64,000 nt of DNA. Source: Candidatus Omnitrophota bacterium (GTDB taxonomy: Bacteria > Omnitrophota > Gorgyraeia > 2-01-FULL-45-10). The translations under genes and the position numbers were made by a program. The stretch spans positions 108,078 through 172,077 of the forward strand of contig JAPLME010000006.1 in assembly GCA_026387175.1 (NCBI GenBank). The letters are read 5' to 3'. Positions 28,654-36,833 of this stretch are shown here, piece after piece (within the stretch, counting starts at the first letter, position 1; every line of letters starts with the position of its first letter). The notes beneath the pieces were generated by a model. That model searched no databases, had not been told where the DNA came from, and was given only the letters and a program-made list of their open reading frames with translations.

Positions 28654-30044
28654 GTATGGCGCAGCCCCCTGAACGAGGTATCGTTATGGCAATACATCTT
28701 TTCGAATTGCTCCACCGATGCCGCAAATTTCTTTTTAAAATAGTTCTCGAGAAGCATCTTGTTAGCTTCAAATAGCGATGCGTGAAATTCATTGTCGGTC
28801 ATGTCTGTAAAATTAACACTTAACAGGTCGGAGTTCCGGTGTTTATGCTCATAAAAATCCGCGCAATCTTTCAGCAGGCCTTTTTCGATCGCATAATAAT
28901 ATAGCGGGGACCCTGGATATGGCGTAACCGGCCGTATGGTCCTTATCTGCGCCATATCGTCATATTTCAGCAGGAATTCAACGCCCTTCATGAGGGTCTC
29001 TCTGCTCTCGCCGAGATTGCCGAAAATAATATTAAGCCCGGGGCTTATGCCGGCCTCAAGCGTGTTTTCAACGCCCCTTATGATCTGTGCCGTAGTAAGC
29101 TGTTTCTCCATCTTTTCAAGGGCGAGGTCATCCATGGCTTCTATGCCGTAGTTGATAAAAACACATCCTGCCCTTTTCATAAGTTTCAGAACCTTCCCGG
29201 AAGCGTAATTAAGTCTTCCGTTACAGTACCAGTTTATACCGAGATTCGCCTTCAGGAATTGATCGCACAGCTCGATCGTTCTCGCTTCCGAAGACATTAA
29301 GAGTTCGTCCGAAAATGTTATATAAGTGATGCCATATCTCTCCTTGAGTATCTTTATCTCATCGATAATGCTTTGCGGCCGCCTCGGACGGAACCCTTTA
29401 TCCATCCTGTAGCAAAAATTACATCTGTATGGACATCCCCGCCCCGTGATCATGGGCAGTCCGCGCTGGTTATGCCTTATATTAGGATACCGGAATAACG
29501 CGTAATAATTTATGTCGAACAACTCCCATGCCGGATGAGTTATCAGATCGAGATCTTTTATCAGCGCCCTCTCTCCGTTCGTCTGAAACTTTCCGCGCTT
29601 ATTATCCATGTAGGCGATGCCTTTAACGTCTTCCCACGGGCTCTTGCTTTCAATGGCCCGGCATAATTCGACTATGGTATTTTCGCCCTCGCCTATCACC
29701 ACGGCATCGGCCCCCGTCTTCTTTAAAAAATAGGCGGGCTCGGGAGACGGTCCGTGGCCTCCGATCACATAAAGGGGTCTCTTTCTCGATCTATTTATAC
29801 TGTCCGATATCTTGAGCAGTTTACGATATTGATAGTAACCGCCTATCACCCCCACGCCGACCATATCATAATTATTGCCGTCAAGGTGCGCAGTAAGGTG
29901 ATCTTCGGGCATATGGTATACATCCTGCTGATATATCGTGACATCATGCCCGGCCTTCCTCAGGGCAGCGGCTATATACGCCGTCCCTAAAGGGAACTGG
30001 TGCAAAAACGCGTCATTATCATAAACCACTAACAATATCTTCAA
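28650..30044 (-). CDS. B12-binding-domain radical SAM enzyme (class B)
   Basis: MKILLVVYDN...AGHDVTIYQ; ITGRGCPYRCNFCYRM. Confidence 0.8.
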   Translation of the reverse strand: MKILLVVYDNDAFLHQFPLGTAYIAAALRKAGHDVTIYQQDVYHMPEDHLTAHLDGNNYDMVGVGVIGGYYQYRKLLKISDSINRSRKRPLYVIGGHGPSPEPAYFLKKTGADAVVIGEGENTIVELCRAIESKSPWEDVKGIAYMDNKRGKFQTNGERALIKDLDLITHPAWELFDINYYALFRYPNIRHNQRGLPMITGRGCPYRCNFCYRMDKGFRPRRPQSIIDEIKILKERYGITYITFSDELLMSSEARTIELCDQFLKANLGINWYCNGRLNYASGKVLKLMKRAGCVFINYGIEAMDDLALEKMEKQLTTAQIIRGVENTLEAGISPGLNIIFGNLGESRETLMKGVEFLLKYDDMAQIRTIRPVTPYPGSPLYYYAIEKGLLKDCADFYEHKHRNSDLLSVNFTDMTDNEFHASLFEANKMLLENYFKKKFAASVEQFEKMYCHNDTSFRGLRHT

Positions 30045-30700
30045 GGCTTCTCCACGAACGATATGGCGTTGGCATACGGCAATTTATTGATCCTGGTCTT
30101 CTTGTCGGCAAAGAAATCGTCTATAGCCTTATTGGCGCCCGCAAATGCGCCATAATCGTCAAGTATGACTATCCCGCCTCTTGAGACAAGCGGATAGAGT
30201 TCCTCGAGACAGACCGCCGTGGCCTCATGAAGATCGACGTCTATATGCAGAAGTGATATTTTGAGGTGCGGATTCTTCGACTTGTATTCCGGCACGGTCT
30301 TTAAAATATCCCCTTCGACCAGTTCTATGTTCTGGTAAAGCTCGAGCTTCTTAAGGAGGGTGATGAATTCCTCTTTCCCTATGCTCCTGCTTCCGGCTTC
30401 ACGGATGAACTGCGCCCTCTTCGCTACGTCCTTTTCAAACCTGGCTTCCGGGAACTCCCCGAATATGTCGAAACCTATTATCTTCTTTGAGTAAACATTC
30501 TCGAAAAGAGCCCTGAACTTGATGAGCCTGGAGAGGGATACGCCTTTAAAGACACCGCATTCCACTATGTCGCCCGCAATGTTCGATACCTTCCTGAATA
30601 GCTCAAGATGCGTCGCGAACTTGCTTATCCTGTTTATCGGAGCGGTCAGGTAAAAATTATTTTCGTAATAGAACTGCTTGGAAAGATCGAGCTCTATCAT
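30041..30700 (-). CDS. TylF-family sugar O-methyltransferase
   Basis: IVECGVFKGVS, LLHIDVDLHEAT, GGIVILDDYG. Confidence 0.65.
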   Translation of the reverse strand: MIELDLSKQFYYENNFYLTAPINRISKFATHLELFRKVSNIAGDIVECGVFKGVSLSRLIKFRALFENVYSKKIIGFDIFGEFPEARFEKDVAKRAQFIREAGSRSIGKEEFITLLKKLELYQNIELVEGDILKTVPEYKSKNPHLKISLLHIDVDLHEATAVCLEELYPLVSRGGIVILDDYGAFAGANKAIDDFFADKKTRINKLPYANAISFVEKP

Positions 30701-31362
30701 GCTGCTCTCCTTTTGGCTATCTTTTTGGCCTCTTTAAAATCCTCTTCGGTATTTATATCGACTAAAGACTCCAGCCTCTTCTGTTCATAAAGCATAGTTC
30801 CATTTCCATACCAACTGCTCCTCCTGCGGAAATAACCGACATTCATAATATAGAACATGCCGTTCTCGACCGCATACTGTTTCTTGAAATCCTGAGTGTT
30901 CGGCCGCTTGCCGCTGGTCGGGAACAACGGCCTATCGCCTTTCCATATGAACGGGCTTACCCCCGTAACCGATATCACCGCTTTCGGCCTTTCTTCCCTG
31001 ATCAGTTGCGAGATCTCGCGGTAATCTTTAAGGCTCCTGAACGGCGAGGTCGGGTTCAAAAGCCAAAGGTAGTCGGAATCACGCATCCCGTATTCCTTAA
31101 TGATCACCTTAATGAGATCCATGACGGACGAATCTTCTCCGGCCAACTCTTTACCTCTGAGATGTGCACTTACCCCTTTCGGAACGGAATAGCCCTTTTT
31201 ATCGGTCGAGACGATCACGGTATCGAAGATGCCTTCCGGCGTGGTCTTCACGGCGAAATCGACCAGCGAATAGCCGCCCGTGAAGTCCCGCCAGTTCTTG
31301 TTATGGCACCGCGAAGATCTTTCCTTGGCCGGTATGAGCGCGTAATTCCTCATAGCCTTCAT
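30697..31362 (-). CDS. NeuA-like CMP-sugar cytidylyltransferase (CTP_transf_3 family)
   Basis: IPAKERSSRCHNKNW (compare IPARGGSK..KN), VIVSTD, LLNPTSPFR. Confidence 0.6.
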   Translation of the reverse strand: MKAMRNYALIPAKERSSRCHNKNWRDFTGGYSLVDFAVKTTPEGIFDTVIVSTDKKGYSVPKGVSAHLRGKELAGEDSSVMDLIKVIIKEYGMRDSDYLWLLNPTSPFRSLKDYREISQLIREERPKAVISVTGVSPFIWKGDRPLFPTSGKRPNTQDFKKQYAVENGMFYIMNVGYFRRRSSWYGNGTMLYEQKRLESLVDINTEEDFKEAKKIAKRRAA

Positions 31363-31366
31363 CTCT

Positions 31367-32719
31367 TTAGCATGTTCCTTTCGCGATTATATAGGTCGTC
31401 TTGTTGTTCAAAGTATCGCGCGAGAATATATCCTGGCCGGAAAGGTTGAAAAAGGCCGCTTTCCGGAAATACGACTTCATTAATTTATTTATCTCCTCAT
31501 ATGTCATCTCGCTTATATGGAACGGATTATCGACATGCTTTACCGACTTATCGGCAAGGGGGCATGTAAGCCATAGCTCCCCTTTCGGCTTAAGCCATCC
31601 TTTCGCGCGGGACAGGAACGCGGCCGGATCCGTAAGGTGCTCTATAGTCTCTACGGATATTATCTTGTCATATCGGCATTTCGGGCAGAACATCTCTGCG
31701 GATGACGCCTGGAACGCGATATTCTCTCTGGAGTGGTGACGTTTGGCATATTCGATCGTCTTCGCATCGCCGTCCACACCGGTCACCAGACGTGCTTTTT
31801 CCGCGATAAGCTCCGAACCATATCCGCTGCCGCATGCGATGTCGAGCACAGAATCCGAAGGCTCTATGTGATCCAGGAAGAAGCGGTAGCGCGCAAAATG
31901 CCTCTCATAGGCGGCCGCATCGAATATCGTCCTTCTGATGCCGAGCGCGGCGTCATCGTGCATATAAAATCGCTGGACGTTGAACCCGCCCCTCGATTCC
32001 CAACTTATGCGCTCTTTCCGAAACGATAGCATTGCTTCGGCAAAAGGGATATCGTAAAGAGTCTCCACATTTACGCTATCTGCCTCATCCATTTCGAATC
32101 CATACGAATCTTTACCGAGTAGGAGATCATTCAGCTTCTGGACATCCCTTGCCTTCACAATCCAGATAGCGCCATTCAGTTTATATGTTACCGGCTGGTC
32201 CTGGCGTCTGAAATACTTCGGTCCATCCTTAAGAAGGAACTTTGCCCTATTCCGCCCGTCAAGTTTAAGCCCGCCGTAAGGAGAGAATCTCGTACGTGTA
32301 ACGCTCACCACGCTATCGAACGACTTGAGCGAAATGGCGAACTCTACGGATCTATCGACATGAGAGGCTGTCCTGAGCGGCGCTGACGGAAATAGCAGGG
32401 CCAGTATATCCGGCTTATTCTTGTCCATTGCGCTTAGGGCGTGTAATATAACATCCTTTATCGAGACATCGTCTCCGGACAAAACTTTGGGCCTTTCGAT
32501 AATCCTTATGCCGTGATAGCCCTTATACTTAGAGAGCAGGTCCGGTTCATCCGTAGTAAGATAGACATGTCTTATATGTTTCGCGCCCACCGCCGCGTCA
32601 AGCGTATACTCGATTAGGGGCTTAAAATCCAAAAGCACCATGCTCTTCCTGTAAAGGCCCTTCGACCCGCTGCGGGAAGGTATGAGAATATCGATCTTCG
32701 GCGTTTTTAAGTCCGGCAA
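31367..32719 (-). CDS. Bifunctional protein: NeuA-like cytidylyltransferase (N-terminal) fused to a class I SAM methyltransferase (C-terminal)
   Basis: N-terminal ILIPSRSGSKGLYRKSM, VYLTTDEPD, LLFPSAPLR. C-terminal VLDIACGSGYGSELIA and IISVETIEHL. Confidence 0.7.
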   Translation of the reverse strand: MPDLKTPKIDILIPSRSGSKGLYRKSMVLLDFKPLIEYTLDAAVGAKHIRHVYLTTDEPDLLSKYKGYHGIRIIERPKVLSGDDVSIKDVILHALSAMDKNKPDILALLFPSAPLRTASHVDRSVEFAISLKSFDSVVSVTRTRFSPYGGLKLDGRNRAKFLLKDGPKYFRRQDQPVTYKLNGAIWIVKARDVQKLNDLLLGKDSYGFEMDEADSVNVETLYDIPFAEAMLSFRKERISWESRGGFNVQRFYMHDDAALGIRRTIFDAAAYERHFARYRFFLDHIEPSDSVLDIACGSGYGSELIAEKARLVTGVDGDAKTIEYAKRHHSRENIAFQASSAEMFCPKCRYDKIISVETIEHLTDPAAFLSRAKGWLKPKGELWLTCPLADKSVKHVDNPFHISEMTYEEINKLMKSYFRKAAFFNLSGQDIFSRDTLNNKTTYIIAKGTC

Positions 32720-32734
32720 GTTGCCTCCATATTT

Positions 32735-33259
32735 TTATTGAGCATCTCTTCGATCAGGCAACACCGATAGAAATTTATCCGCGAGATTTATGGCACTGAT
32801 GGCAATGCTCTTAAGCTCCTCTATATTCTTCATCCTTTCCTGATAGAGCTTGGCTGTCTTCTGCTCTTCTTCGGTAAGCTCGCCGCCTGCCGACCGGACG
32901 ATCGCGTTAAACTCATCCAGCATACTGGAAACCTCATTCGCCCTCTTCTGGATGCCGCTCTTGATCTTATTAGCGATTATATTCTTAACATCCAGGTTTG
33001 CCTCATAATAGTCTCTGCGCGATCCTTTGATCCAGATATTCTTGACGGCCCCCCATTTTTCAAGCTCCCGTATGTTGAGACTTATCGAACCTTTGCTGAC
33101 TTTCAGCTTACCCATCAGGTCATCGAGCGATAAAGGCTTGTCGCTTAAATAAAGCACCGCATACAACTGAGCTATAAATCGGTTTAATCCAAAACTGTCG
33201 CACATCTTACCTATGCTCTCTATAAACTTATCTTGCGCACTTTCTAGTTTAGAATTCAT
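32735..33259 (-). CDS. GbsR/MarR-type winged-helix transcriptional regulator
   Basis: 174 aa with an HTH core FIAQLYAVLYLSDKPLSLDDLMGKLKVSKGSISLNIRELEKWGAV, typical of the GbsR/MarR fold. Strong RBS AAAGAGGAGACA 5 nt upstream of the ATG. Confidence 0.55.
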   Translation of the reverse strand: MNSKLESAQDKFIESIGKMCDSFGLNRFIAQLYAVLYLSDKPLSLDDLMGKLKVSKGSISLNIRELEKWGAVKNIWIKGSRRDYYEANLDVKNIIANKIKSGIQKRANEVSSMLDEFNAIVRSAGGELTEEEQKTAKLYQERMKNIEELKSIAISAINLADKFLSVLPDRRDAQ

Positions 33260-33283
33260 TGTCTCCTCTTTAGTATTTATATT

Positions 33284-33301
33284 GTTTAAAACATATTAAA
33301 C
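33284..33301. promoter_or_regulatory. Inverted repeat GTTTAA-N6-TTAAAC (candidate operator), just downstream of the promoter -10
   Basis: Perfect 6-bp arms with a 6-bp spacer. A near-identical copy, GTTTAG-N6-TTAAAC, lies at 41710..41727 in the same position relative to a second promoter. Confidence 0.45.
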
Positions 33302-33309
33302 GTTGAATA

Positions 33310-33338
33310 AGTATACTACACCACTGATATCGTGTCAA
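33310..33338 (-). promoter_or_regulatory. Sigma70-like promoter for the regulator gene (TTGACA-N17-TATACT on the minus strand)
   Basis: The minus-strand -35 TTGACA is the reverse complement of 33333-33338, and the -10 TATACT is the reverse complement of 33310-33315. The spacer is 17 nt. The element lies in the 87-bp intergenic gap upstream of the regulator. Confidence 0.5.
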
Positions 33339-33346
33339 TTAATATG

Positions 33347-34849
33347 TTATAATCTAGTTCTGAACTCTTCCAATAGCCTTTTATACACCAAATCATCTGT
33401 TTCTGCCTCTTTTATCTCATCATACCTGTCTTTTGGGAAGCGAACATAAAATGAAAAGGTTCGAAATAGGCCCTCAAGCTCTTTGCGGGTCATCCCTTTT
33501 GGCACAAATTGAACGCCGATAAAAGCCGTCGCATCGTAATCAGGGTCCAAACCCTCCTCCTCGCACAATTTTCTGATAGGAGTACCTTTAAAAGGCGCTA
33601 ATAAGCTGACTGAGAAGGAATCGGGCTTTACCAATCTATTCAGCTCTATGGTATCGAAGATATGCTTTCTGGTTTCACGAGGCAGGCCTATTATGTTATA
33701 TGAAGATACCCTTATGCCTAATGAGCTGACGATCCTGAACTTCTCTATTATCTCCTCGTTAGTCATCCTTCTGTTCATGACTTCTCTTCTTATGAAATCA
33801 TTGCCGCTCTCTATCCCTATTGCGAATGTCCTGCACCCCATCTCTTTCAATATCCCTGCCTTCTCCTCAGTGATAGTGCTTACGCGCGCATAGATAAGAA
33901 ACGGAAGACCGATCTCCTTTTTGTAGGCATCGGCGTATTCTCTTATATAAGCGGCATTCAAAGAAGTGAAATCCTCATCCCAAAAGCGGATAAAGTTGAA
34001 ATTATATTTAGCGATTAGGTTTTTAAGCTCTTCAATGCTCCTGGGTATTTTTTTTACCCTGCGATAAACTCCGAGTTCCTTAAACCTTGTTTTAAAGACA
34101 CTGTTCACGCAATATGAGCAATCGAACAGGCATCCTCTTGACAGTTCATAATTAAGCATCTTATATTGTTCTCCGTCAAACGGCCTGTAAAAATGAATCG
34201 GGTCAAAAGATCCGTAATCCGGGTCCGGCAGGCTCGAGATATCTTCCAGCGGCATGCCGGGATTTTTTATTATAACGCCGTCCTGCTTGAACCATATCCC
34301 ACGCACCGTGCTCAACGGTTTCGCATGCTCGAGCGCATCCATCATGGCCAATATCGTCTTCTCACCTTCTCCGGTACAAATTATATCGCATGCCGGAGAA
34401 GCAAGCGTTTCCTCGGGCAGCAGTATGGCCTGGCAGCCTCCGTAGATGACCTGTATATTATATTTTTTCTTGAACGGCAGCAGGAACCGGCTGCTGAATT
34501 TAAAATCCACGGTTAATGCGCTTACGCCTATCAGATCCGGACGAAAATCGTTCAAAAGCTTATCGAAATCGGCTTTGTAGTCCGTTCTCTTCAAATCGCA
34601 ACCTTCGACCATGATACCGAAATCGTATTTATAAAAATCCTTCCTGTCGCGTATGACCTGATCGGCATCGAGCGGCGCGCTCTTAAAGAACATCTTTTTG
34701 TAAAGTTCGTAGCTAAATTTCTCGTAATCCGGAAAATCGAACAGCCGGACTTCGTGGCCGTGGCTTTTCAGTACGCTGATCAGGATAGGGATATTAAGCG
34801 GAATGTTCCCTTGGCCTGCCCGTGACGGGTTAACAAATAAAACCTTCAT
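33347..34849 (-). CDS. B12-binding-domain radical SAM enzyme (class B)
   Basis: MKVLFVNPS...HGHEVRLFDF; ELSRGCLFDCSYCVNS. Confidence 0.8.
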   Translation of the reverse strand: MKVLFVNPSRAGQGNIPLNIPILISVLKSHGHEVRLFDFPDYEKFSYELYKKMFFKSAPLDADQVIRDRKDFYKYDFGIMVEGCDLKRTDYKADFDKLLNDFRPDLIGVSALTVDFKFSSRFLLPFKKKYNIQVIYGGCQAILLPEETLASPACDIICTGEGEKTILAMMDALEHAKPLSTVRGIWFKQDGVIIKNPGMPLEDISSLPDPDYGSFDPIHFYRPFDGEQYKMLNYELSRGCLFDCSYCVNSVFKTRFKELGVYRRVKKIPRSIEELKNLIAKYNFNFIRFWDEDFTSLNAAYIREYADAYKKEIGLPFLIYARVSTITEEKAGILKEMGCRTFAIGIESGNDFIRREVMNRRMTNEEIIEKFRIVSSLGIRVSSYNIIGLPRETRKHIFDTIELNRLVKPDSFSVSLLAPFKGTPIRKLCEEEGLDPDYDATAFIGVQFVPKGMTRKELEGLFRTFSFYVRFPKDRYDEIKEAETDDLVYKRLLEEFRTRL

Positions 34850-35589
34850 CTCTTTTCCTTCTTCCCATCGAATATCTTCCCGAATTCGAACAGGATACGC
34901 CTTAACGGCATCTGCTTCTGGGTCCTGAACTTCATCTGTTCTTCGATCTGGTCCAGATTATAATAGAACGTCTTATACGGGACGCCTTTTATAAAAATAG
35001 AATCTACGTCCCCGCCGCTCACTATAGAGTGGTCGCCTGATATATCTTCCACAGACGCGATCTTTCCTTCTTTATTCCTGAAATACTTACCGTAATAAGC
35101 GTCGAATACCCGCAACTTTTTATCCAGCGTCACAAAGGAAAGAGTGTATTTAACTTTACGGTCTTCGCCGTAAACCCTTCCCCAAAATGCCGGAACGCCC
35201 GAATAGGCGCAAAGCGTGGTAAAGACATCCTGAAACTGCTCCTGCACACCGTAGCCTCTTATAATGATATTCAAAATATGGTCGTCGATGACCGGCATGC
35301 CGGGCGGAATCTCTTTAATATTTTCACGCGTCCATTTCAGGATAGCCAGCACTTTTTGCTCATCGGTGCTACAGCCCGCGGTTACGTCTTTAGCCAACCT
35401 GATGTACTCAAGGTGCCTGGTTAAGAACTCCGCACCCTTTGCATAAAGGGGCATATGGATCTCCCTGACACGGCCATCGACACCCTGCTTTATCGAAACG
35501 TCAATAGTGAGAACGGCCGCCGCGGCTGCCGCGAGGATCAGTAACAACAGGAAACGCCGCATCTTCTTGCTTATTGTGAATTGCTTCAT
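34846..35589 (-). CDS. Membrane-anchored or secreted transglutaminase-like domain protein, likely catalytically inactive
   Basis: N-terminal hydrophobic anchor LLLLILAAAAAAVL. The core GVQEQFQDVFTTLCAYSGVPAFWGRVYG aligns to the transglutaminase-core pattern [27 protein letters not shown], with the nucleophile Cys replaced by Gln. The following YTLSFV lies where HAWVEV is expected, with His replaced by Tyr. Confidence 0.45.
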   Translation of the reverse strand: MKQFTISKKMRRFLLLLILAAAAAAVLTIDVSIKQGVDGRVREIHMPLYAKGAEFLTRHLEYIRLAKDVTAGCSTDEQKVLAILKWTRENIKEIPPGMPVIDDHILNIIIRGYGVQEQFQDVFTTLCAYSGVPAFWGRVYGEDRKVKYTLSFVTLDKKLRVFDAYYGKYFRNKEGKIASVEDISGDHSIVSGGDVDSIFIKGVPYKTFYYNLDQIEEQMKFRTQKQMPLRRILFEFGKIFDGKKEKR

Positions 35590-36833
35590 GCCTTCCCTTC
35601 TGAGCGCGATAAAATGCCGTATATCTTTTCGTATTTATCCGCTCCTTCACTCAGGGAAAGGCAGCGCATCGCCGCATCTCTGCATCTGCGCTTAAGGGTC
35701 TCACCTTCGCCTTTCATCGCCATCAGGCGTAATGCCGCATCCTTGTAATCTCTTTCTTCGAAACCTTCGACCACGACCCCGATATTGTTATTTCGCACAA
35801 GCTCCTCCGTATCCCCCACCCCGGGATTTATGACAACAGGGACTCCCGAAGCAAGGAACTCACCCATCTTGATGGGCGATGAACCAATCTTCTTGTATGG
35901 GTTGATAAAGAATATTCCTGCGTCGGCTACGGCCATATAACGCGGCATCTCTTCAAACCGGATGCCACGTACGATCTTAATGCCCCGTTCATCGATGCCG
36001 ATAGCCCTCGCTTTTTCGAGAACGGCGGCGGTGTCGTCATTTGTCAATATCAAAAATACGGCCTTGGGCAGATGAGCAGTTAAAACTTTATAGAATTCGA
36101 GCATCTCCTTCATCAAATAGAACGTGCCGATCTTGCCCGGGTACATAATAACAAATGAGCCATCGATCCCCAACTCTGAGCGGGTCGTATCGTTATCTCG
36201 ATTATATCCGAATCGATCCATATCCACGCAGCATGGGATAACATCCATGGGGACATCTCTATCCTTTAAATAATCCAGGGTCCTGTTGAATTCGAGGTGT
36301 TTCTGCGTAAGCACCGTTATCGCATCGGCGCGCAATAGCATATTTCTTTCGGCCATTTTGACCGCCCTGAAGGCAAGGCTGTCCTCCTTCCATAATCCGC
36401 CTCCCACATATTCCTCAGCGAGAAGCCCTCTCATATCGAAAAGGACCTTCACCTTTAATAATCTCGAGAGCATGAGCACGATAATGCCGGGCGTGATCCC
36501 TCTTACATGTATTATGTCGACCTTCTCTTTTCGGACAAGGCGCGATACGGCGGCGGCGCCTGCGGCAAGGTCAAACAGCGTCGACAACAAAGGGGGCCGT
36601 TTATGGTAGGGCAGATATCTCCAATCTATGCCCTTCGACCTTAACTCGCCTTTCAGGATTTCTATCTTTCCCTTCCCGACCCTCTCCAGATCCCGTTTCT
36701 TCTCATAGGTAAAGAGCATGAAGCCAAATCCCTTTGCGACCAATTTCTCCAGATACGGAACGGCCTGGGAAGGCAGGATCGGCTCGAGCAGGCCATTATA
36801 GGATAAGAAAAGGATCTTCGCTTTATTTTGCAT
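35586..36833 (-). CDS. GT4 family (GT-B) glycosyltransferase
   Basis: N-terminal ILFLSYNGLLEPI...IIHVRG; C-terminal EFLASGVPVVINPGVGDTEELV (E-x7-E-like region). Confidence 0.8.
   Translation of the reverse strand: MQNKAKILFLSYNGLLEPILPSQAVPYLEKLVAKGFGFMLFTYEKKRDLERVGKGKIEILKGELRSKGIDWRYLPYHKRPPLLSTLFDLAAGAAAVSRLVRKEKVDIIHVRGITPGIIVLMLSRLLKVKVLFDMRGLLAEEYVGGGLWKEDSLAFRAVKMAERNMLLRADAITVLTQKHLEFNRTLDYLKDRDVPMDVIPCCVDMDRFGYNRDNDTTRSELGIDGSFVIMYPGKIGTFYLMKEMLEFYKVLTAHLPKAVFLILTNDDTAAVLEKARAIGIDERGIKIVRGIRFEEMPRYMAVADAGIFFINPYKKIGSSPIKMGEFLASGVPVVINPGVGDTEELVRNNNIGVVVEGFEERDYKDAALRLMAMKGEGETLKRRCRDAAMRCLSLSEGADKYEKIYGILSRSEGKA

Noticed and set aside
33260-33346. Possibility of a RiPP precursor peptide for the SPASM/B12 radical SAM enzymes in this or the other two intergenic gaps (41665-41783, 59189-59370)
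   Set aside because: No ORF with an RBS and start codon encodes a plausible Cys/Gly/Ser-rich peptide in any gap on either strand. The neighbouring genes are nucleotide-sugar enzymes, so a glycan substrate is favoured.
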